The translations under genes and the position numbers were made by a program. DNA of 63,062 bases, filler included, from Octopus bimaculoides (Eukaryota), in the NCBI RefSeq assembly GCF_001194135.2. It is 6 parts of 6 records of this genome, joined end to end, with 100 filler letters (N's around TTAATTAATTAA, not from the genome) between each part and the next. Parts side by side here need not be neighbours in the genome. Positions count along the whole stretch, not along the records: positions 16,591 to 35,818 come from NC_069008.1; positions 35,919 to 41,211 come from NC_069001.1; 4 more parts are not named here. One strand, 5' to 3'. The notes under the pieces were generated by a model. The model was not told where the DNA came from and made no database searches. It saw only the letters and a program-made list of their open reading frames with translations. This document shows positions 25,463 to 36,285 of this stretch, in pieces (the stretch's first letter is position 1; each line of letters starts with the position of its first letter).

Positions 25463-26042
25463 CAGCACTGGATTAACCACTAAGCAAAATAGTCATGTGC
25501 TTAGGGTATCAAGGGAAGTGGAGACACTAGAAAAATGGTAAATGGTTTACATCACAAAAGAAATCACTTCAACCTTGTTACAGCAACATTCAAAGTGGTT
25601 TATATGATCGGAAATATATTTTCGAAGAGTTCATGTCGCCGTAGTGAGTATCCGATCGAGGACTATGCAATTAAAAAACGCAGGAGAAAACTTTTCCAAT
25701 GTAAATAAAGTGGTTGTACACAGAAATAAACATTATTTTTTCATATTACTGGTAGTTTTGTTTCATTTCAAATATAGACATTATTTTATAGTTTGTTATT
25801 GTTTATATTTCGAATTACATATATATGGGGATACCAAACAGCCTTCTCTCATCACATAGATGAAGAGGCTAATCTAAAACTGAGGCTGAATGACGTCCTC
25901 TCCTCATACCGACACTCTGGAATTCAATACCGAAGGATCGCTCTTATTTTCATACAAAATTGTTTTCGTATTGTTTTTATAAAAAAATAACAAATAATTC
26001 ATACTGAAAACTTCATAACCTTTTAGTTATATTTCATTCGTA

Positions 26043-26300
26043 AGGCAGCGAGCTGGCAGGATTGTTAGCACGCCGGACGAAATGCTTAGCGGCATTTCGT
26101 CTGTCGCTACGTTCTGACTTCAAATTCCGCCGAGGTCGACTTTGATTTTCATCCTTTCGGGGTCGATAAATTAAATACCAGTAAGACACTGAGGTCGATG
26201 TAATCGACTAGGCCCCCTCCCCACAAATTCGATGTCTTGTGTCTCCAGTAGAAAAGAATCGTTAGCACGCCGGGCAATATGCTTAGCGGCGTTTCTTCTG
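26043..26300 (+). mobile_element. SINE, family B, plus a partial internal duplication
   Basis: ggcagcgagctggcaggattgttagcacgccgg...; gaatcgttagcacgccggg is repeated at about 26256. Confidence 0.8.
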
Positions 26301-26305
26301 CCTTT

Positions 26306-26443
26306 AAAAAAATGGATGCTGATTGCAAGGCCTTTGACGAAAGGCCGCTCAAAATTCCAATTATTGCCGATATGTTGTTTATTTGATATTCGTCTTTCAG
26401 GATTAAAGAGGAAGGCTCGTAGTTCATCTAAACTATGTTAGCA
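26306..26443 (+). pseudogene. Decayed caspase linker/small-subunit remnant
   Basis: KKMDADCKAFDERPLKIPIIADMLFI*YSSFRIKEEGS*FI*TMLA aligns to EKNDAAE..SPKIPIMADMLVFHSS..EDKGSWFMQTLS, with three in-frame stops. Confidence 0.75.
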
Positions 26444-27985
26444 GCAGCAGTCTACATCACTGCGATCACCACCACCACCACCACCACCACCACCACAACC
26501 ACCACCACCACCACAACGTGGCTATGTGTCGCAGCAAAAGTTACTTACACCACCAGCTTGGCATCATTAGGAGGGTGACTGCTGTTACTATTAATATAAC
26601 GCCGTCACATCATCCAGCAGCAACAGTTGTAAGTTTGTTTACATCAACGCTTAGACAGTCGGCAACATTTACTGAGTCACTGTCGCTGGTAACATAAAAT
26701 TGAGGAATGGTTTAACGGAACCTGTATTAACTAGACATTTCCGAGACTACTTTGCTTCTGAGGATTTGCCTTTCCGCCTGAAGTATACAGGTTTTGTGAA
26801 ACTTGCCGCCATTGTCAGAAGCTTTCCTGGTGGATTAAATGTGTGTGTGTGTGGATATACATAGATAGATACATAACGTTGACCACAGCACATTGAATGT
26901 CCGCGTTAGTGGTCAACGTTATATATAAAAATATACTTTAATCCCTTGAGATTGCAGATATTATTTCTGAATCTCTTTGATTCTTTAAATGTGCTAGCTT
27001 CCTGGTAATTAATCGATATTAATTAATATATGATTTTTTACCCTATGTTTTAATAGATAGATAGATAGATAGATAGATACATANNNNNNNNNNNNNNNNN
27101 NNNNNNNNNNNNNNNNNNNNNNNNNNNNNNNNNNNNNNNNNNNNNNNNNNNNNNNNNNNNNNNNNNNNNNNNNNNNNNNNNNNNNNNNNNNNNNNNNNNN
27201 NNNNNNNNNNNNNNNNNNNNNNNNNNNNNNNNNNNNNNNNNNNGGGGCCGAGCGAATGAGGAAGAAATTAATGTAGGTTATGTACTTCGAATATTTTCTA
27301 CTTAAATCAGTCAGGCTAAATAAAGGGGTTTTTTTTTTTTCCATCTATTGTCTGCTTTGAGCTTTTGGTAACCGAAATTGGTTAGTTAAAGAATATGGGA
27401 GTCGACTCTCATATAGGAACTCGTACCGAAAGATCGCCGAAAAATCTATATCACCCCACTCCCGGAGCCTCGGGAAGCTTTAGGTGTTTTTGCTCAATAA
27501 ACACTCACCACTGGCCCATTGTGTCTCCACCATGGACAACCGTATGCTGTCAACAACAAAACTAACACGGTCGGGAGTAGCAGTGGTGCCGACGATGACA
27601 ATAACGACAACAACTACCACAATGGCAACACCGGGAACGAACACACAGCAGCAGCATCAAGGGCTGAGGGGTTGGGGCTGAGGAGAAAGAGACACGGCTG
27701 CTAAAAATTATGATACACACACACACACACACACACACAGCACACATACACTCACACATACACACACACACACTCAAGGGCACAAACGCATGCGCACATA
27801 AAGATACACATCTTAGAAGAACAGAATGGAGTGGAGCAAGAACACACACGGAAACGTAAAGTGTCGCTGAAGAGGTCACAGATGTGTGACGAAAGATTTC
27901 CGGACAATGGACAAGCGTCAAAATAATAAAAATAACAGTAATAAACGAGTGAAGAAAACTATATAGTGCGTGTGCTTATTTGGCA

Positions 27986-28076
<91 letters not shown>

Positions 28077-29479
28077 GAAATGGCCGTCCCGAAGTACAAG
28101 AATATTTTAAGATTTTTGAAATATATCGCTTACCTCTCTTTATTATTTACATACCACACTCTGATCGGTTCTCTCCCCTTAACGGGGAACATTACTCTCC
28201 CTTCTATTTCTTAGTAAATTCTCTTTCTTTCCCTTTCTTACAACGAAAGCAACAGTAGGTGGCAGCACCACCAGCCTCTTGTCAAATTTTCCACGAAAAA
28301 TGCCATATCTATACAAAGTATCGCTAAAACATTTACCAGCTTCTTCTTGGCCATAGAATACTTCATCCTTGATCAACCACAAATATTCTACAAAGCCCAC
28401 ATTCCAGTCGTGTTCCCTGCAGTGTAAACCGCAGTGAAATAGCCGTCACAAGTAGCAAAAGCTGAAGGACTACTGCAATAAGTGTATGACTCTGAGAGGG
28501 GAATTTGTTGAATAAAATCATAATTAATTGATCTTTCTGCATTTCCTTTTGCTCAAAGCCAGGAACTTTTCACCACCCCTCGTATGTATTCATGCATGAA
28601 TGCATGCATGTATGTATGTATGTATGTATGCATGCAAAACAAAAGATGAGTTGCCCCACCTTGGGGCCAATAAGACATAAGAAAGGCAAAGTAATTTATT
28701 CTTTCACTTGTTTCAGTCATTTGACTGCGGCCATGCTGACATTTTGTTTAAATTTTTTGTTGAATAAAATCTATTGAAAAAAAGCCACAATAATTTTGCA
28801 CAAACCTTATATATATATTTTCCAGCTTCTTAACCTCCGTATTTTTCCACATGTATTAAAAAAATCAAATTGAGTATGATTATTTTTTAGTATTTGAACT
28901 ATTTCTGTTATTTTCGCAATTTATCCAGTACAATGCTTAAATAAGTAAATAGTATTTTCCTAAACAATAGATCCACCTATTTCGGTTAGTGACACATTCA
29001 CGAATATACCAACACTAGCGCCACTGAGGGTCATATTCTCTGTGAATGCACAAAAGCTATTTTCAGAGTTATTTACTTTGAATTGTTATTATCTCATATC
29101 TGATTAGCCTGTTATTACGTAACATGCTTCACAATTTTAGTATACATACTTTATTAGTATTTCCCCCTATGTTCTATATACTGTGGGAATGTATTAAACC
29201 CCTTTTCGGGGCTACTTTATTTGAATTCTTACTATCAGGTAATTAATTTCATGTTATTACATAACTGACTTCACAATTTGGGTATTCATAACTTACTGGG
29301 AATTCCTAAAAACAAGATCCTGTGTAAGACAGTTCGGTATTCTCAATAAATGCACAAAAGCCGTTTTAAGGGCTACATACTTTGTATTGTTACTGATTAG
29401 TGAAACAATTATGAGAACAGAACCGCTTTCCCAGGATTACCAGGTACGTCAACTAGTATATATGTATATATATATATAT

Positions 29480-29890
29480 ATACACAAAAAGACCCATCAA
29501 GCCAAGTGAAAACGTAGTCATGAGTAATGACGGTGTCATGTAACTGGCACGCAAAAAGCACCTTTCAAGCGCTGGGCCTAACAGAGGTGATGATATATGA
29601 CAAAGATCTTTGTCAATATGCCATGCTTGAGTGGAAGACCCATCAAGCCAAGTCAGAATTGTAATGATGGCAGATAATGGTGTCATGAAACTGGCACCCA
29701 TGCTGGTGGCACAGAATTGCACCCATTACACTCTCAGAGTGTTTGGTGTTAGGAAGGGCATCCAGCCTTAGAAACAATGCCAAATCAAACTGGAGTCTAG
29801 TGCAACCCGTCAGCTTACCAGCCCTGGTCAAATTGGCCAACCCATGCCAGCATGGACAACAGATGCTAAATGATGATAATGATGGTGATA
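29480..29890 (+). mobile_element. Dispersed repeat, family D (SINE-like, GAT-repeat tail)
   Basis: cccattacactctcagagtgtttggtgttaggaagggcatccagc...catgccagcatggacaacagatgctaaatgatgat; related copies at 34165, 35290 and 62925. Confidence 0.75.
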
Positions 29891-30001
29891 CACACATACA
29901 CACACAGAGTAAATTTCAAAAATAAATAGAGTCAATCATTTTTTTGAAGGATTTATTTTGAGAAAGAAAATAATGCTATCTGATGCATTTAAATAATTCA
30001 T

Positions 30002-30460
30002 TTAGGATTTAGTTGACGTTTCTTCTGAAGGTCTTAATGTTTTAACCCATTTGGCTCTCTCTACCACCTTATTTGTCCTATCCTTTGGATATCTGTGGGT
30101 CAAAGAGGGTTTCCTTCTTGCTACTTTACCGTAGTAGCCAAGTTGATGAAGATACCTCACAGAAGTTCTCCGACTCTTTTGGAGTTGCTCTGCAACATCA
30201 GCTGCCTTACAATGGGGATTGTTTTCAACAATCTGTTCAACAGTCTGAAGACATTTATCAGAGGGCCCAGGTCGACCTGAGCGGGAGGCAGTTGATTCCT
30301 TTCCTTCGCTGGTGAACTGTACAATCACTCTGTTCACTGTGGCAAGAGGAATTCCAAGGCTTTGTGCAATCTTACGCTGGCTACGTCCACTATCAGACTG
30401 ACCCACGATACGTCCTCTTTGAAAATCTGACAATTCTTTCGCGTCTGGTGTTCGTGGCAT
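30002..30460 (-). CDS. Truncated Tc1-like transposase (DNA-binding domain only), copy 1, 152 aa
   Basis: [36 protein letters not shown] are Tc1 N-terminal motifs; no DDE domain. Confidence 0.8.
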   Translation of the reverse strand: MPRTPDAKELSDFQRGRIVGQSDSGRSQRKIAQSLGIPLATVNRVIVQFTSEGKESTASRSGRPGPSDKCLQTVEQIVENNPHCKAADVAEQLQKSRRTSVRYLHQLGYYGKVARRKPSLTHRYPKDRTNKVVERAKWVKTLRPSEETSTKS

Positions 30461-30774
30461 GACCAGTTGCTATAAACAATTAATATACTGTAATCTGAAA
30501 TGAAAAATAATAGTACTTTTAAGAAGTGGGGGCGAGGCAATGTATTCATTTTTAAGAAGTCTGTTTATATATGAGGATGTGCTAAAGAGACAATACTGGA
30601 AGATCAGTTAATAATGATTTCATTCAACATATTCTCCTCTCAGATTCACACACACTCTGCAGTGGTCCTTCAGTTTTTCTAAGCACTGTAAAGGAACTTG
30701 GAAAATTAGGGCTCCAACCAGGCCTTTCACAATATCTTTAAAGCCAGGAACTTTTCAGTATCCCCTCCTATGTG

Positions 30775-30808
<34 letters not shown>

Positions 30809-30940
30809 CACATAGGAGGGGATACTATTAGGGACAAAATCCAAAATTACAGGTAAAAAACTCAATTAAAATCAATTTATAAAAAATTAATATAGTGGAT
30901 TTTCATCAATGTGTTCTTGAAAATTGGTTATTTTCCCTAA

Positions 30941-30982
<42 letters not shown>

Positions 30983-31155
30983 TATAATTGTAAACATAAT
31001 TATAATAAGGGGGTCAACTAATTGCTTCACCACATTCCGAATTTAGAAATAGCAGTTAAAAACTCCTTTTCTACTATGGTAAGAATCTCCCAGACGGCAA
31101 TACACTCTTTTACGAAGGCAAAAAGAGAAACAATGAATCCACATGACTCCGATTA

Positions 31156-31217
31156 GCCACATACGGGTTTCGAGATTAAAGTACATTTAATTACTTATTT
31201 CTCATCATCAGTGTAGC
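31156..31217 (-). ncRNA. Near-intact minimal type I hammerhead ribozyme (Penelope-type)
   Basis: gctaca-CTGATGA-t-GAGA...AAGTA(loop)TACTT...TCTC-GAAAC-cc-GTA-tgtggc: 6-bp stem I, bipartite stem II, 2-bp stem III and a GUA cleavage triplet. Confidence 0.65.
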
Positions 31218-33419
31218 ATTTCAAATATTAAATTTGAAAGTGCTGGGGTTAAATATGTGCACGATAGAGCGTCATCGAGCGAAAGATAGTTGAGCTCTGA
31301 TTGGCTGTATGCAAATGAGTTCATAACTGGGGTCCGGAACGCTCGTGGGGAAAAAACTACGCGTCCCGCTTGTCTTCCACGGGCCTATCCAGTATTTATG
31401 TTATTTAACAGCAAGGTAACTTATGTTGCTGTACTAGTCCCCCTTAATTTTATTTAGTTTTTTAATATCCCTAAACTGAAAAATTACCCCTTTGTGTATA
31501 TTCTAGATATCTTTTCAATTATGCTAATATTTAATAAAATACTTCCTTCTCCCAACATCGTTTCCTTTTAGAATACATATTTTTTAAACGACACTATACA
31601 AAAAGTATGCTTTCGAGAATGTAGATTACGTAATGTAGATGTTTGCGATAGAAAAATCAAGGGGGAAAAATATGAAAATTCCCAACAGATTGTCAATATT
31701 TGGGGGAGAGGAGACTAAAAGATTCATCCAAAATACAATTACTTTTTTAATATTGTCAACACAATCGTTATCTACAACCTCAAAAAATTATTTCTGCAAA
31801 GCGTTATTTACAAATACAACAAATTTGAGAAAATTTCGCGAAAACAAATTCGTGGGGCACTAAAGTGTAGAAATACCTTTAGTTGTCGCTGTTAAATTGA
31901 AAGATATCCTGCCAGTGGGATTCGGTTGAAAACTGTAAATAAGTCAGTCGTGTATATAACTAATGACGTTAATTGGGTGTTCCCATTTAATTAGTTGTTG
32001 AATAAAAAAAAAGGGGGAGAAATGAAAGCGTAAAACATGCGATCACTAAAATAGAAGTGTAATGGAGGAATAAGACAGAAAGTGGATTTATTGCATTTTC
32101 ATTGGTCAGTTCGGGTCACGTGATAGGACGTAACCATGCTGCTGGTGAAGGTTCGTGTGTTTACATAAACACTAACGTATGTGCTTGCGTACGTGTGTGT
32201 GAGTATATTTATGTTTCTGCGGTGAACGCCGTTTAAGTCACGATGTGAGTGAGGCAAAAGTTCGTTGAGTATAGGAACGAATTCAATATGCAGGAAGAAG
32301 TCAGTTCTTAGATATCCTCTTATTTATCATAGTCCTCTGTGCAGGCGCAATGGCCTAGTGGTTAGCGCAGCGGTCGTAGGATCGCGGTTTCGACTCATTT
32401 CGGAGATCATGCCAATATTTATGAGTAGAAGCCCATCAAATTTAATTTTTTCACATTAAATACCTATATAACCGTGATCTACACTCTGAAAGGTATTTAT
32501 AGGAAATTTCATTCAAAAAAATTACCAATTTTTCTAAAAATTATAAATAATAAAAGCCGTCTTGTGTGAATTTTCCGAAACTCCTCNNNNNNNNNNNNNN
32601 NNNNNNNNNNNNNNNNNNNNNNNNNNNNNNNNNNNNNNNNNNNNNNNNNNNNNNNNNNNNNNNNNNNNNNNNNNNNNNNNNNNNNNNNNNNNNNNNNNNN
32701 NNNNNNNNNNNNNNNNNNNNNNNNNNNNNNNNNNNNNNNNNNNNNNNNNNNNNNNNNNNNNNNNNNNNNNNNNNNNNNNNNNNNNNNNNNNNNNNNNNNN
32801 NNNNNNNNNNNNNNNNNNNNNNNNNNNNNNNNNNNNNNNNNNNNNNNNNNNNNNNNNNNNNNNNNNNNNNNNNNNNNNNNNNNNNNNNNNNNNNNNNNNN
32901 NNNNNNNNNNNNNNNNNNNNNNNNNNNNNNNNNNNNNNNNNNNNNNNNNNNNNNNNNNNNNNNNNNNNNNNNNNNNNNNNNNNNNNNNNNNNNNNNNNNN
33001 NNNNNNNNNNNNNNNNNNNNNNNNNNNNNNNNNNNNNNNNNNNNNNNNNNNNNNNNNNNNNNNNNNNNNNNNNNNNNNNNNNNNNNNNNNNNNNNNNNNN
33101 NNNNNNNNNNNNNNNNNNNNNNNNNNNNNNNNNNNNNNNNNNNNNNNNNNNNNNNNNNNNNNNNNNNNNNNNNNNNNNNNNNNNNNNNNNNNNNNNNNNN
33201 NNNNNNNNNNNNNNNNNNNNNNNNNNNNNNNNNNNNNNNNNNNNNNNNNNNNNNNNNNNNNNNNNNNNNNNNNNNNNNNNNNNNNNNNNNNNNNNNNNNN
33301 NNNNNNNNNNNNNNNNNNNNNNNNNNNNNNNNNNNNNNNNNNNNNNNNNNNNNNNNNNNNNNNNNNNNNNNAGAATTCTTCAAACTTTATGAATTAATAT
33401 GACCACTGTTAGTAAAACG

Positions 33420-33830
33420 AAGCTACTGGAATCTTTGGACTTGAGCAAGTTATGGTGAGGGCCATGTGTGGTGTGAAACTATTGGATAAAAGGAAGGCTG
33501 AGGACCCCTGATGGGGATACAGGGGTTGGAGGAATGGGTGGAACAGCTGGTAAGGGTGAATGGGGTGCAGTGGTATGGACATGCATGGAGGATGGATGAG
33601 GATCATGTTCTGAGGAAATTGCTTGAGTTTAAAGTGAATGAACCGCGAAAGCAAGGTAAACCAAAGAAAACATGGAGGGGACAGGTAGAGGAGGAGATTG
33701 GGAGGGTGGGCTTGAGGAGGAAGGACGCCCAAAACTGGGCGAGATGGTGTGAGAGTGGTTGCTGTAAGAGTGAGGTAGATCTGGCCACCCCCATTAATGG
33801 GGACAAACCCGGATTTAAAATATAGGAATT
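33420..33830 (+). mobile_element. RTE-clade LINE 3' end fragment
   Basis: MVRAMCGVKLLDKRK..WYGHAWRMDEDHVLRKLLEFKVNEPRKQGKPKKTW is a typical RTE C-terminal region. Confidence 0.8.
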
Positions 33831-34164
33831 CACCATTTTCCTTATCCCTTTTGATATCAACTTACCTGAGACAAGCCTTGGGTCTATGATACAAATTTAC
33901 CGTTTCAAATTATCTAAACCAAAACTTGCCATTGAAATTTCATATTAATTTAGGTTCCATGCATCAGCTTCATTGGTTTCAGACCAAATTGAAATTAAGG
34001 CAGAGAATTGTTACAGAAATATGGTAACAAATGTATTCATAAGACACAGTTTTCAGCAGTGAAGAAGCAATTAAGAAGAAGCTAATTTGAACTGACCAGA
34101 AAACAACATCCAACAAATTATATAGTCATAAGATCTTAATTAAAAATTCATGGGATTTTCCTTC

Positions 34165-34460
34165 ATCACCATCATCGTCATCAGCAACATCATTTAACGT
34201 CCATTGACCATGCTGGCATGGGTTAGACAGTGTAACCAGAGCTGGAAAGCTGGAGCGATGCACCAGACTCCAGTCTGGTTTCGTATGGTTTCTATGGTTG
34301 GATGCCCTTTCTAAGGACAACCACTTTACAGAGTGTGCTGCATGCTTTTATGTGGCACCATGTGGGCGCTTTTATGTGGCACCGCACAGGCATTTTTATG
34401 TGTTGCCACACGGGCTCTCGTGTTGCTGCATGGGCGCTTTTATGTGGCACTACCATAGGT
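34165..34460 (-). mobile_element. Dispersed repeat, family D, with a short ttttatgtggcac tandem array
   Basis: Reverse complement of 29700-29885. Confidence 0.75.
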
Positions 34461-34659
34461 GCTTTACACCACCAGAAGGATCAGTCTTAACATGTCTACT
34501 GTGTGGTACGTGTCTTCTTGATGATAACGTATGATAATGATGATGGTGATACACACATACACATACACAGTAAATTTCAAAACCAGAGTCAATCATTTTT
34601 TTGAAGGATTTAATTTCAAGAACGAAAATAATGTTATATGATGCGTTTAAATAATTCAT

Positions 34660-35118
34660 TTAGGATGTAGTTGAGATTTCTTCTGTAGGTTTTAATGTTT
34701 TAACCCATTTGGCTCTCTCTACCACCTTATTTGTCCAATCCTTTGGATATCTGTGGGTCAAAGAGGGTTTCCTTCTTGCTACTTTACCGTAGTAGCCAAG
34801 TTGATGAAGATACCTCACAGAAGTACTCCGACTCTTTTGGAGTTGCTCTGCAACATCAGCTGCCTTACAATGTGGATTATTTTCAACAATCTGTTCAACA
34901 GTCTGAAGACATTTATCAGAGGGCCCAGGTCGACCTGAGCGGGAGGCAGTTGATTCCTTTCCTTCGCTGGTGAACTGTACAATCACTCTGTTCACCGTGG
35001 CAAGAGGAATTCCAAGGCTTTGTGCAATCTTACGCTGGCTACGTCCACTATCAGACTGACCCACGATACGTCCTCTTTGAAAATCTGACAATTCTTTCGC
35101 GTCTGGAGTTCGTGGCAT
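34660..35118 (-). CDS. Truncated Tc1-like transposase (DNA-binding domain only), copy 2, 152 aa
   Basis: 11 nt differences from copy 1 over 459 nt (manual count); same truncation. Confidence 0.8.
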   Translation of the reverse strand: MPRTPDAKELSDFQRGRIVGQSDSGRSQRKIAQSLGIPLATVNRVIVQFTSEGKESTASRSGRPGPSDKCLQTVEQIVENNPHCKAADVAEQLQKSRSTSVRYLHQLGYYGKVARRKPSLTHRYPKDWTNKVVERAKWVKTLKPTEEISTTS

Positions 35119-35289
35119 GACCAGTTGCTATAAACAATTAATATACTGTAATCTGAAATGAAAAATAATAGTACTTTAAGAAGTTTAAAGGACCAGATAA
35201 TGACTGCACATTAATGATGCAAAGCAGTATGGGAAGGTGGGGGCCGGCTATTCAATTTTGAGTAATTTATTTGTTTATATATATATATA

Positions 35290-35585
35290 TATAGAAGACC
35301 TGTTGAGTCAAGTGAAGTCATTATTGTCAGGGCCAATGCCAGGAGCATGTAAAAAGCACCATTCAAGCATGGTTGATGCCAGTGCCACCTGACTGGTCCT
35401 ATGTCAGTGGCACATAAAAGGCACAGTTCAAGCGTGGCCATTACCAGTGCTGCCTGATTGGCTGCCATGCCGATGGTACATAAAAAGCACCATTCAAGCA
35501 TGGTCTTTGGCAGTACCACCTGACCAGCCCTCATGCCAGTGGCATGTAAAAAGCACCCATTACACTCTCAGAGTGGTTGGCATTT
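35290..35585 (+). mobile_element. Dispersed repeat, family D, with ~55-60-bp internal tandem units
   Basis: Repeated taaaaagcaccattcaagcatgg units ending in cccattacactctcagagtgg. Confidence 0.7.
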
Positions 35586-36059
35586 TTTTTTCTTTTTTGT
35601 TTTTGGTTTTTTTTTTTCTTACATATAATTTTAATCTCCACACAGTTATGAGGAAACAAAGCCGAGTGGTGTGAATTTTCCGCAACTTTCGAACCCATCG
35701 CCGGGAAAATTTTTTTCACATTAAAATCCAATATTATCGTAATCTGCACCATCTGAAGCGTACTTGTAGAAACTTTCATTTAAAAAATATTTATTTTTCT
35801 TAAAGTCTTGAGGAAACANNNNNNNNNNNNNNNNNNNNNNNNNNNNNNNNNNNNNNNNNNNNTTAATTAATTAANNNNNNNNNNNNNNNNNNNNNNNNNN
35901 NNNNNNNNNNNNNNNNNNTTTTGATTACTGGTCTGCCCATTCAGGAGCCAACTCTAGTTTAAAGACAACACAACAGCAACAACGAAGGGAGTTGCATGCA
36001 ATCTCACAACTTCATTGAAATAGCAGCAAAATCTCCCTCTGAGCATACCTATTTTTTTA

Positions 36060-36285
36060 TTGCCCACAGGAGGTTAAACATAGAGGGGACAAACAAGGAC
36101 AAACAAAGGGATTAAGTCGATTACATCGACCCCAGGGCGTAACTGGTACTTATTTAATCGACCCCGAAAGGATGAAAGGCAAAGTCGACCTCGGCGGAAT
36201 ATGACCTCAGAGCGTAACGGCAGACGAAATACCGCCAGGCATTTCGCCCGGCGTGCAAACGTTTCTGTCACCTCGCTTCCCTCTG
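36060..36285 (-). mobile_element. SINE, family B
   Basis: Reverse complement of 14445/26043; nearly the same as 59773-60005. Confidence 0.85.

Noticed and set aside
28179-28460. Non-repetitive-looking minus ORF (MGFVEYLWLIKDEVFYGQEEAGKCFSDTLYRYG...)
   Set aside because: No recognisable family, a GTG start and no clear splice signals; cannot be supported without BLAST.
32338-32410. tRNA-like sequences with A/B boxes (also 37146, 57530, 62500)
   Set aside because: SINE heads that continue into SINE bodies; no complete cloverleaf.
35340-35560. Regularly spaced direct repeats that superficially resemble a CRISPR array
   Set aside because: Degenerate internal tandem units of a eukaryotic dispersed repeat; the spacers are similar to each other and there are no cas genes.
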